NCBI GenBank assembly: GCA_052085365.1 | Contig: JBQDFP010000010.1 | Coordinates: 4,884 to 68,883, forward strand | Direction of reading: 5' to 3' | Source: Canibacter sp. | Lineage (GTDB): Bacteria > Actinomycetota > Actinomycetes > Actinomycetales > Microbacteriaceae | Length of the DNA stretch: 64,000 bases | Shown here: in pieces, positions 17,650-25,785 of the stretch | Layout of the letters: each line of letters opens with the position of its first letter | Numbering within the stretch: the first letter of the stretch is position 1 | The notes under the pieces: model-generated | Told to the model about the DNA's origin: nothing | Seen by the model: only the letters and a program-made list of their open reading frames with translations | Database searches by the model: none | Translations under genes and position numbers: made by a program

Positions 17650-18774
17650 CTATTTCGCATCACATATCTCGAGCCCCGGAACTGGCTCATCATCTGCAAA
17701 CTTTTGAATTGCGCTCTGCGCGTCATCTAGTGTGTCGACCACGGCGACGGTCATGTCGCCAGGGATCGATTTCGGTTCCGTCCCGCAGTTCTCCTGCGGC
17801 ATGAGAAACAGTTCGGTATCCGCGCGTGCAGCCGCATACATTTTTTGAGTCAAACCACCGATACCACCGACATGTCCTGCGTCATCGATCGTGCCGGTTC
17901 CGCTTATAACGTGCCCTCTCGTCAGCTCTCCAGGTGTTAATTCATCGATAATAGATAGAGAAAAAATCATACCCGCGCTTGGTCCCCCGATTTGGTCTAG
18001 GACAATATCCACTTCCACTGGGAAGTCGTATTCGGTCCCTACCGTCACTCCCAGCACCCACTCGCCCGTCGCCAATTGAGTCGGTGTGATTGTTTCATTC
18101 TGTTCACCGGCGCCCTCATCACGAATAAATGTGATTTCTAGTGCCTCACCCTGTGCGGCCTGGATGGCTTCGCGCAACGTTCCCAGTCCATTAATTTCGG
18201 CGCCGTTCACACGCACGATCTCGTCTTTTGGTTCAAGCACTCCGGTTGCTGGAGCGTCCTCTCCCACCTGTCCGACTGTTACTTTTCCGGGAACGTGATA
18301 GTCAAGTTCACGTAATGCGGCAGCTGTAGCGACGTCTTGTGACGACACCATCTGAGCTTCGTTGTATGCCTTGCGGTCCTCGCTACTTTCACCATCCGGA
18401 TAAATATCAGTAAGCGGCACAATGTCATGAGACGGAGATATGAGCGGCCAGATCAACCCCACCCAGGCAACCCGGCTATCGGGGCTCCCCTGAACATTGA
18501 CCGTCAAGAGGTTCAGTGTTCCTTTGGCTCGGAATTGTTCCGCGCCAGATATGTCGAGAACTGGTTGTTGCTCATCATCGATGGTGACTTCGCCGAGCGT
18601 GTTTACGACCGGTCCGGGACGCTCGACAGCGTACGGTGACGGGAGTGAAATGATGCACACAAGAATCAGCGCAGCAAGCACAATTTTGAGTAGCGGTCGC
18701 TGGCGTTTACTTGGCCGGGCCCCGGCCCCTACCGTTTGGCTGCTGTTCGCTGTTGGCGTTTGAAACTCGGGCAC
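17650..18774 (-). CDS. PDZ domain / Lon-like S16 serine protease (YlbL/SepM-like)
   Basis: One TM (LLKIVLAALILVCII), a PDZ segment (GVLEPKDEIVRVNGAEI), and a Lon protease C-terminal domain (IGGPSAGMIFSLSIID ... GTGTIDDAGHVGGIGGLTQK). The long ORF (to 19023) would overlap the divergent gene, so I chose the in-frame GTG at 18774. The start is uncertain. Confidence 0.8.
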   Translation of the reverse strand: MPEFQTPTANSSQTVGAGARPSKRQRPLLKIVLAALILVCIISLPSPYAVERPGPVVNTLGEVTIDDEQQPVLDISGAEQFRAKGTLNLLTVNVQGSPDSRVAWVGLIWPLISPSHDIVPLTDIYPDGESSEDRKAYNEAQMVSSQDVATAAALRELDYHVPGKVTVGQVGEDAPATGVLEPKDEIVRVNGAEINGLGTLREAIQAAQGEALEITFIRDEGAGEQNETITPTQLATGEWVLGVTVGTEYDFPVEVDIVLDQIGGPSAGMIFSLSIIDELTPGELTRGHVISGTGTIDDAGHVGGIGGLTQKMYAAARADTELFLMPQENCGTEPKSIPGDMTVAVVDTLDDAQSAIQKFADDEPVPGLEICDAK

Positions 18775-18867
18775 AAATGTCGAACTTATCAGCCCATTCT
18801 GTGTTCCTCGCCGGTAGCGTAAGTAACACCGCGAAACTGATACCGCGTATTTCAAGGAGACTTTCGC

Positions 18868-20337
18868 ATGGCTGAGAATGACCGTCCAGAGAATCCAGAT
18901 AACGGGTTTGATCCTGAAGAGCTCCAGAGAATGATGCGTGAGCTTCTCGGGGGCGGTGGTGGCATGGACCCGAATCAGTTTGCGCAGGCCGCTGGTTTGC
19001 CAATTGATCCGGCGATGATCCAACAGTTGTTCTCAACGTTGCAGAATGCATCGCAGAACCCGAACGATGATGGGATCGACTGGCAAGTTGCTCGTCGAAC
19101 CGCCCTCGATACGGTGCAGCGTCTTGAGGCACCAGATACTGAGAAACTCAGTGAGACGACGCGTGCCACGACACAAGCGTTCACGCTCGCCTCACTGTGG
19201 CTTGATGATGTCACGATCATGGGAACGCCGGCTGATAATCCACGGGTGATTGAACGCACCCAGTGGGTGCAACAGTCGATTGACACTTGGATTCAGCTTG
19301 CTGAACCAGTGGCTGACTCAATTGCGCGAGCGCTTACGAGCGCGCTATCTGAACAGCTCCCGGAACAACTCGCGTCGGCAATGCCGGGGGCTGAAAACAT
19401 GTTACGCAGTGTTGGTGGTGCCTTGTTTGCCACACAGCTTGGCGCAGTTGTCGGGAAGCTGTCGAGTGAAGTTATTTCTGGCGGCGATGTAGGAATTCCG
19501 CTGCTTGCTGGAACGGGTAGCAGCGGTGGTTCGATGCTTCCAGCAAATCTGGTCGGTTTTGCTGATGGGCTTGAACAGTCGTTAGGTGATGTCGCGACGT
19601 ATTTGACTGTCAGAGAACTTGCTCACGCGCGCTTGTTCCGACATGCGAAATGGCTTGGCCCTCACGTCGTCAGTGCAGTTTCGGACTATGCGCGAGGGAT
19701 ACATATCGATTCGGGCCACATTTTGTCACTGAGCGAGGATATTGATCCATCAAACCCTGAACAAATTCAGGAGCTTCTCCAAAGTGGTTCTCTGATTCCT
19801 CCCCGAAGTCAGCAACAAGAAGCGGCCCTTGCTCGCTTGGAAACGCTTCTTGCACTCATCGAAGGCTGGGTAGATGCAGTCACGCTTCAGGCGACTTCAC
19901 GTTTGCCCGAAGCCGAAGCAATTGCTGAAATGGTTCGTCGTCGTCGTGCAACCGGCGGCCCTGCTGAGCGTGCATTTGGAACTCTCGTAGGGTTGCAGCT
20001 GCGCCCGAAACGGCTCCGTGAAGCTGCGCGTATGTGGTCAATGGTTGCTGAACGCGGCGACATACAAGCTCGTGACGGCCTTTGGGAGCATCCCGATATT
20101 TTGCCAACGTCAGAAGAAATTGACCGACCTGCCCTGCTCCTCGAACGCCTTGGTCTGGCTGGTGAGACTCCTGAGACTGTTGAAGACGACTTCGATCGTG
20201 CTCTCCAGCAACTTTTGGACGAATCTGAGAACTCTGCGAGCTCTGGGTCTGACAAATACGACGGCGGGAACTCAGACAAGGATGTTTCCCCTAACGAAAC
20301 TGATCTGGAAGAGGGAAATGATGACGAAACTCACTGA
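18868..20337 (+). CDS. DUF2342 family protein (family usually annotated zinc-dependent metalloprotease)
   Basis: AAGGAG lies upstream of the ATG. The N-terminus (ELQRMMRELLGGGGGMDPNQFAQAAGLP) and overall length are typical of the family. The position expected to hold HExxH reads RELAH (see findings). The C-terminal tail is acidic. Confidence 0.75.
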   Translation: MAENDRPENPDNGFDPEELQRMMRELLGGGGGMDPNQFAQAAGLPIDPAMIQQLFSTLQNASQNPNDDGIDWQVARRTALDTVQRLEAPDTEKLSETTRATTQAFTLASLWLDDVTIMGTPADNPRVIERTQWVQQSIDTWIQLAEPVADSIARALTSALSEQLPEQLASAMPGAENMLRSVGGALFATQLGAVVGKLSSEVISGGDVGIPLLAGTGSSGGSMLPANLVGFADGLEQSLGDVATYLTVRELAHARLFRHAKWLGPHVVSAVSDYARGIHIDSGHILSLSEDIDPSNPEQIQELLQSGSLIPPRSQQQEAALARLETLLALIEGWVDAVTLQATSRLPEAEAIAEMVRRRRATGGPAERAFGTLVGLQLRPKRLREAARMWSMVAERGDIQARDGLWEHPDILPTSEEIDRPALLLERLGLAGETPETVEDDFDRALQQLLDESENSASSGSDKYDGGNSDKDVSPNETDLEEGNDDETH

Positions 20338-20803
20338 TTTTTCAGCACGGTCGCTTGCAGGCGTTCCGATCGATTTTCATGACTACCGCAACCAAGTGGT
20401 ATTAGTCGTCAACACGGCCTCAAAATGCGGGTTCACTCCCCAGTACGACGGACTTCAAAAGCTGTACGAACAATATCAAGATCGCGGCTTTGTTGTGCTC
20501 GGTTTTCCGTCGAATGATTTTGCTCAGCAAGAGCCAGGATCAAGTAATGAAATCGGCGAATTCTGTCGCGCCAACTACGGAGTTACTTTCCCCATGTTCG
20601 AGAAAGTGCATGTCACCGGGACTGAGATTGATCCATTATTTGATTGGCTGACGGCCGAGCAGACGGGAATCTTGGGCAAACGCGTGAAATGGAATTTTTC
20701 AAAGTTTCTGATTAACCGCAACGGCGAGGTGGTTGATCGCTTCGCACCTCAGACCGAACCAGCAGACCTGACTGACGCGATTGAGTCAGCGCTCGAAGCA
20801 TAA
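20318..20803 (+). CDS. Glutathione peroxidase (Cys-type)
   Basis: VVNTASKCGFTPQY, LGFPSNDFAQQEPG and WNFSKFLINRNGEVV. The ATG at 20318 follows GAAGAGGGAA and overlaps the preceding gene by 20 nt. The upstream part of ORF 20018..20803 is just an alternative frame of the previous gene. Confidence 0.9.
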   Translation: MMTKLTDFSARSLAGVPIDFHDYRNQVVLVVNTASKCGFTPQYDGLQKLYEQYQDRGFVVLGFPSNDFAQQEPGSSNEIGEFCRANYGVTFPMFEKVHVTGTEIDPLFDWLTAEQTGILGKRVKWNFSKFLINRNGEVVDRFAPQTEPADLTDAIESALEA

Positions 20804-20950
20804 TGAGTTGAGAATCTATCGCCGTCCACAAGTAGCCGTAGGTAGCAGCTGCAAGTCGACTTTGTGAATAACTCCAAATATGGACGCGGCCGGGCCACAA
20901 TGTGACCTGTGTTCCTTAAAAATGTGCTGCAAATAGATCCACACCAGGCA

Positions 20951-21883
20951 ATGTCCTGGGTCAGTCCGACTCGGCTTCGTTTCGGCTTTGATGCGTTGCT
21001 ACTGGAGTTCGACGACCCATCACCAGCGCAGCAAGCGGTTCTCAGCTCACTTCTTTCAGGCACAACACGGCAACACCTTGAACGGGTTGCTCAAAGAGTG
21101 CACCTGAGCGAGAAAGAGTTGGCTGAGCTTCTCCATTTTTTGGAACCACTCCTGCTGCATGTGGCCAGTCCGCTCCCACGAAACGTGAGCAAACGAACGG
21201 CTATTGAGAGTGTGGGGCGTTTCACCAACCGGGCTTCTCAGGTCACACAGCCCAGAGTACAACTGGTGTTCGACAGCGAAACCGGCCCAAAAGATCGGCT
21301 TCTAGAAACCGTAGTGGAGGCATTCGATTTCTTTCACATGCGCGCCGAAGTCGCTGAGAGTCCTGTGCAGGATCACGACGTTCCACTAATAATTTTCGCG
21401 CGCTACTTTCCATCGTTCGGATTTTTACATACCTGGCTCACACAGGATCGCCTAGTCGTTCCTGTCTTACTCAGCGATGGGGGCGTTCGCGTCGGGCCTC
21501 GCCTCGGCGCTCCTCACAGCTGCTGTCTTGACTGTCTGATTACTCACGAAACTCACCGAGACACTGACTGGCCGGCAATAGTTGCTGCCCAAATGGGGAG
21601 CACTCCCCCGAGTGAAACTCCTGACGTTATCCGCCACATCCCGCCTATGGTGTCATGGCTTCTGCAAGGCTACGCCGAGACACGGCCTGGGCTTCAATCT
21701 ACCGATGACCACACGTTCACCCAGTATTTCTTGCCCGTAGTAAACGGCCAAGTTGTGGCTCCTGCCGAAACTCGCGTAATACCGCCCCAGACTGACTGTG
21801 CATGCCAGGATATGTTGCGCATGAGCACGAGCGCAGACTCAGCAAATACCTCAACTACGTCGCCGGAATGTGACGCAGCCTAA
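20951..21883 (+). CDS. Conserved hypothetical protein, E1-like / TOMM-type 'cyclodehydratase-domain' (leader-peptide-binding-like) protein
   Basis: The ORF is open from 20909 (GTG), and ATG 20951 is an alternative start. The N-terminus looks like a winged-helix peptide-recognition element (PSPAQQAVLSSLLSGTTRQHLERVAQRVHLSEKELAELLHFLEPLLL). The segment VRVGPRLGAPHSCCLDCLITHETHRDTDWPAIVAAQ resembles, from memory, the vGP..PG..C..C....R..D..WP signature of ThiF/E1-like TOMM docking proteins. No Rossmann GxGxxG motif is seen. Confidence 0.55.
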   Translation: MSWVSPTRLRFGFDALLLEFDDPSPAQQAVLSSLLSGTTRQHLERVAQRVHLSEKELAELLHFLEPLLLHVASPLPRNVSKRTAIESVGRFTNRASQVTQPRVQLVFDSETGPKDRLLETVVEAFDFFHMRAEVAESPVQDHDVPLIIFARYFPSFGFLHTWLTQDRLVVPVLLSDGGVRVGPRLGAPHSCCLDCLITHETHRDTDWPAIVAAQMGSTPPSETPDVIRHIPPMVSWLLQGYAETRPGLQSTDDHTFTQYFLPVVNGQVVAPAETRVIPPQTDCACQDMLRMSTSADSANTSTTSPECDAA

Positions 21884-23573
21884 GATTTGCTTCTGCGATG
21901 AAACGAGACGGCTCGCGCGGTGTCTTCCCGCTTCCGCTGCTACCGGAAAGCCGCAATTCTTCTTGCGCACGAGTGAACGCCACATAGGTGAGGCGGCGCT
22001 CTTCTGCCAGATGCTCTTCTTCGTTCGCATAGTGGATAGGCAAAATTCCTTCAGCCAGTCCAATGACATACACAACAGGCCATTCCAGCCCCTTGGCCGA
22101 GTGAACAGCAGATAGTGTCACCGCACTCACAGTAGGTTCATGTCCACTGCGCTGACGTTCAAGTAGTTCTGTGCTGAACTCTCGTAGTGATCTCGCTTCA
22201 GTTTGTTCCGCAACTGTCACAAGCGCTTGCAGCGCATTCCATTTCTCGCGTTGACTCATGCTTTCGGGAGGTTCTTGCGTCCATCCCAGCGCACGTACAA
22301 CGTCACTCACGACCTGAAATATTGGTCGGCCATCAGTCACTACGGACTGCGCCCGAATTTCCATGATCGCCTGCCGCACATCTGCCCGATCAAAAAACCG
22401 CATACTGCCGTGCGTTCGTGCAGAAACCCCAACTGCTGCAAGAGCAGATTCGACGAGCGCATGCTGTGCATTAGTTCGGGCAAGCACCGCAATATCTGAA
22501 GCACTGACACCGGAATTGATTTGGGCACGTATCGCTGACGCTATTGCGGAAGCTTCTTCGGTTTCATTTGCGAACCAGAGTGCTTGCGGAATGCGTCGCG
22601 ACGGTTCACGCATTGAGGTGAGATGCAGGGCGCCGGGTTCATCACGTACGAGACGGTTTGCGATAGTCACCACTTCAGGTCGAGAACGGTAATTACGGTC
22701 GAGCTTGAACGTACGTGCATTCGGGTGCTCTGACGTGAATTTCAGTAGGTACCGACTAGTTGCACCCGCAAATGAGTAGATAGTTTGACTTGCATCGCCA
22801 ACAACACAGATTTCATCACGCTCACCAATCCATGCTTTCAGGAGGGTGTGCTGCAGCGGTGACACATCCTGGTATTCATCAACAGTGAAAAATCGATACT
22901 GCTCACGTATTTGGAGTGCCACGCGAGGTTCAGCTTCAATCATTCCTGCGGTGAGGATCAAAACATCTTCAAAGTCGATGGATCGACGGTCGTTCTTGAC
23001 GCGCTCATATCCTTGCATAAGATCCATGAGCTGTTCGGCGTTCACACCAATAGGCAGTGGTCTGGTCTCAACATATTTCGCATAATCTTCAAAGCTCAAC
23101 ATTGAAACTTTGCGCCATTCGATCTCCGCGGCGACATCTCGAAGTGTCGCGGGTTCAAAATGCAAATGCAGACTCGCCGCTACTTGACTGAGCGTAGGGA
23201 TCTTGCCCGCGACAAGTTGTGGTGTTCTGCCGCCAATATGCTGGGACCAAAAGTGCCCCAACTGTGACAAAGCAGCTGAGTGAAACGTTTGTGCTCGCAC
23301 ACCGACAACACCAAGTTCACGCAACCTCGTTTGTAGCTCACCGGCAGCCTTCTTCGTAAAACTCAAAGATAGGACACGTTCTGCGTCATACGCCCCGCTA
23401 TAGACCCCGTGTGCAATACGGTGTGTGATTGTTCGTGTTTTTCCGGCACCCGCGCCAGCCAACACTGCGACTGGACCACGTAATGCTTCAGCAACTTCTC
23501 GCTGGGTGTCATCGAGAGCGTCAAGAAGCTGCGCTGAACTGCCGCGTTCAGCCACGACGGCTCCAGTCTGCAA
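21855..23573 (-). CDS. UvrD/REP superfamily 1 DNA helicase (UvrD2-like, short form)
   Basis: Walker A AGAGAGKTRT, DEYQD, LDRNYRS, and motif VI in the VAFTRAQEEL context. It ends about 30 aa after motif VI. The start could be TTG 23573 or GTG 23555. Confidence 0.88.
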   Translation of the reverse strand: MQTGAVVAERGSSAQLLDALDDTQREVAEALRGPVAVLAGAGAGKTRTITHRIAHGVYSGAYDAERVLSLSFTKKAAGELQTRLRELGVVGVRAQTFHSAALSQLGHFWSQHIGGRTPQLVAGKIPTLSQVAASLHLHFEPATLRDVAAEIEWRKVSMLSFEDYAKYVETRPLPIGVNAEQLMDLMQGYERVKNDRRSIDFEDVLILTAGMIEAEPRVALQIREQYRFFTVDEYQDVSPLQHTLLKAWIGERDEICVVGDASQTIYSFAGATSRYLLKFTSEHPNARTFKLDRNYRSRPEVVTIANRLVRDEPGALHLTSMREPSRRIPQALWFANETEEASAIASAIRAQINSGVSASDIAVLARTNAQHALVESALAAVGVSARTHGSMRFFDRADVRQAIMEIRAQSVVTDGRPIFQVVSDVVRALGWTQEPPESMSQREKWNALQALVTVAEQTEARSLREFSTELLERQRSGHEPTVSAVTLSAVHSAKGLEWPVVYVIGLAEGILPIHYANEEEHLAEERRLTYVAFTRAQEELRLSGSSGSGKTPREPSRFIAEANLRLRHIPAT

Positions 23574-24411
23574 TGAGCCCCGCAGCGAGGGAAGTTGACC
23601 CGGGAAGTGTCACACCGGGCGGTGGTTGCTGGACTTCTTGACGCGAAAACCAGCGTAATTCAGTGATCTCGTCAGCTTGCGGAATGAGTTTGTCGGGATC
23701 CTGGGTTGCAATGAGTTCAGCACGGAAACCCAGCATCAATGATCTGGGAAATGGCCAAGCTTGCGACCGAATGAATTCAAGTCTTCCCACCCGCATTCCA
23801 GATTCTTCAAACACTTCTCTTACGACCGCTGCCTCAGCAGATTCTCCAGCTTCAACAAACCCGGCCAGTAACGAGAAGCGTCCTGCGGGCCAGAGCGCGT
23901 TGGAGCCAAGCAGAATCTTGTCGTTGTGTTCGATGCGTACAATCACTGCGGGATCAGTGCGTGGGAAATGTTCTATACCGTGAACATCTTTACGCATCCA
24001 TCCCGCATGCATACTGCTGGTGGGTGCACCATCACGTGCAGAAAACTGAGCCGATTCGTGCCACCGTGCGAGTGCAATGCTGGCGGTGACGGCCTCTTGC
24101 TCTGGCTGGCTCAATTTTTCTGCAACGTCGAGGTACCTCGCCCAGACTCCGTCATCTGGCGGGGAGTCTACCGGTTCGGCAAAGAGAGCCGTGAGGCCGA
24201 CTTTACCGACATACCAGTGGGACTCGGTGCGCGGCCCAGTTGGCGCTGTCAACAGCAGTCGTCTCGAATCAGACATGGGGATCTGGTCGCCAAAGATACG
24301 GATTACACGTGATGTGGGGTCGTTCCACAATTGGTCGAGCTTTGCAGAATCTAGCCGAGTGTCTGCGTCTCGATCAAGGTGTGCATCGCGCGAGTTTTCC
24401 GATTGGTTCAT
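23548..24411 (-). CDS. nudC: NAD+ diphosphatase (NADH pyrophosphatase) NudC
   Basis: Nudix box GFVEAGESAEAAVVREVFEESGMRV, followed by the NudC-specific SQAWPFPRSLMLGF. Confidence 0.88.
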   Translation of the reverse strand: MNQSENSRDAHLDRDADTRLDSAKLDQLWNDPTSRVIRIFGDQIPMSDSRRLLLTAPTGPRTESHWYVGKVGLTALFAEPVDSPPDDGVWARYLDVAEKLSQPEQEAVTASIALARWHESAQFSARDGAPTSSMHAGWMRKDVHGIEHFPRTDPAVIVRIEHNDKILLGSNALWPAGRFSLLAGFVEAGESAEAAVVREVFEESGMRVGRLEFIRSQAWPFPRSLMLGFRAELIATQDPDKLIPQADEITELRWFSRQEVQQPPPGVTLPGSTSLAAGLIADWSRRG

Positions 24412-24516
24412 CTGCTCCCTATCGACGCTATTACTGTATCGGTCTCTGTCCTCGGCTCAACCTGTTATGCGCGTGGCAACTGTGCAGTCGTTCCAGATTT
24501 GCTTACTCTGTCAGGT

Positions 24517-25785
24517 ATGGCAACCTCTCCCTTCACTCTAGCTGCGCTTGCAACTTCTGCTGTTCCTGATCTGGTAGCGACGTCAGTTCGGGTTCACACT
24601 TCGGATGAAGAAGGTGCATTCGAGTCGGCGGTTATAGCAACTGACGAATATGAAATGATTGTGCGAATTCCACAGTCAGGTTCCGCAGAGGTGCGCCAGT
24701 CTGCCGAGATCTTGGGACAGTCAGCGCTCACATCTGGAGCACGGACATTTTTACCTTTTGAGGTTCCTGAGACACTCGGCATGACTCGAGCAGGTGACTC
24801 ACGAGCAGTCGTGTCGACATTCATTCCTGGCGGCAAGTTTCATGTTGCTGACCTCACCGCTGATGCGATCGTATTGCAGTCAATTGGTGAAGCTATTGCT
24901 GCTATCCATGAGCTTCCACTGAGCACTGTTCAACAAGCGGGTCTACCGATACGGAGCGCAGAGAACTGCCGTATTGAGACAGCACGGCTGGTGGATCGGG
25001 CAGCACAAACACGTATGCTCCCCAACCTAGTTCAGGACCGCTGGATTTCAGCACTACAGGACAAGTCAGCATGGGATTTTGCTCCGGTCGTGGTGCACGG
25101 GGGGCTGAACGATGACGAGATTCTCATCGAGGATGACACCGTAGTTGGTGTGCTTGGATTCGACCGTTTGTCCGTTGGCGATCCGGCCGCAGACTTGGCG
25201 TGGTTGATCGGTGCAGGCCCGGATATTTTCGAACAGGTTGTCCGGTTCTACGCTGCCGGTGTTGCCTCAGAGAATCAGCATTTACGTAAACGTGCGCAGC
25301 TCTTGCATGAGCTAGAAATTGCAGAATGGCTCGTTCACGGTGTTGATACCCATGACGATGAAATTGTGAACGATGCGGTCGCTATGCTTGACCGGCTCGT
25401 GGACCGGCTTGCTTTCGAAGAAGAAGCGGATGAGTCAGCACCTCCAAACGCTGAACAAGTGGCGGAAATGCTTGACGAAACGCCTGAAATCACGCAAATG
25501 CGTACTGATACGCAAGCCTACGAAGGCTGGGACGATGAGCGGGTCTTCGACGTCGACGCAGATTTTGCTGACACTGGTGTGGTGGAGGTTGACCAGGCTT
25601 CTGAGGCTCCTCATGGCACCGAAGTTCGGAATACCGGACCAACACAAGAAGCACCAGAGCACGAAACTGAAGTGATTGACACCGGTGTCGTCGAAGCATC
25701 GGAGGTTGATGAGACTGACTCCTCCTCAACCATCCTCGAGGACGAGTCAGACCTACATACGCCTGACGAGTCTCAGGACGATTAA
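24517..25785 (+). CDS. Aminoglycoside-phosphotransferase-fold (APH/choline-kinase-like) protein with long acidic tail
   Basis: The APH-like core has the catalytic-loop region VVVHGGLNDDEIL and a DFG-like VLGFDRLSVGDPAADLAWL. I chose ATG 24517, since the upstream part of the ORF lies in the divergent intergenic region. The last 110 aa or so are highly acidic. Confidence 0.7.
   Translation: MATSPFTLAALATSAVPDLVATSVRVHTSDEEGAFESAVIATDEYEMIVRIPQSGSAEVRQSAEILGQSALTSGARTFLPFEVPETLGMTRAGDSRAVVSTFIPGGKFHVADLTADAIVLQSIGEAIAAIHELPLSTVQQAGLPIRSAENCRIETARLVDRAAQTRMLPNLVQDRWISALQDKSAWDFAPVVVHGGLNDDEILIEDDTVVGVLGFDRLSVGDPAADLAWLIGAGPDIFEQVVRFYAAGVASENQHLRKRAQLLHELEIAEWLVHGVDTHDDEIVNDAVAMLDRLVDRLAFEEEADESAPPNAEQVAEMLDETPEITQMRTDTQAYEGWDDERVFDVDADFADTGVVEVDQASEAPHGTEVRNTGPTQEAPEHETEVIDTGVVEASEVDETDSSSTILEDESDLHTPDESQDD

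Noticed and set aside
18775-19023. N-terminal 83-codon extension of the PDZ/Lon protease ORF
   Set aside because: It would overlap the divergent DUF2342 gene and its ribosome-binding site. The extension is non-hydrophobic junk ahead of the real TM anchor.
20018-20317. Upstream 100 codons of the ORF containing glutathione peroxidase
   Set aside because: This is an alternative frame of the DUF2342 3' end. Gpx homology starts at the ATG at 20318, which has its own Shine-Dalgarno sequence.
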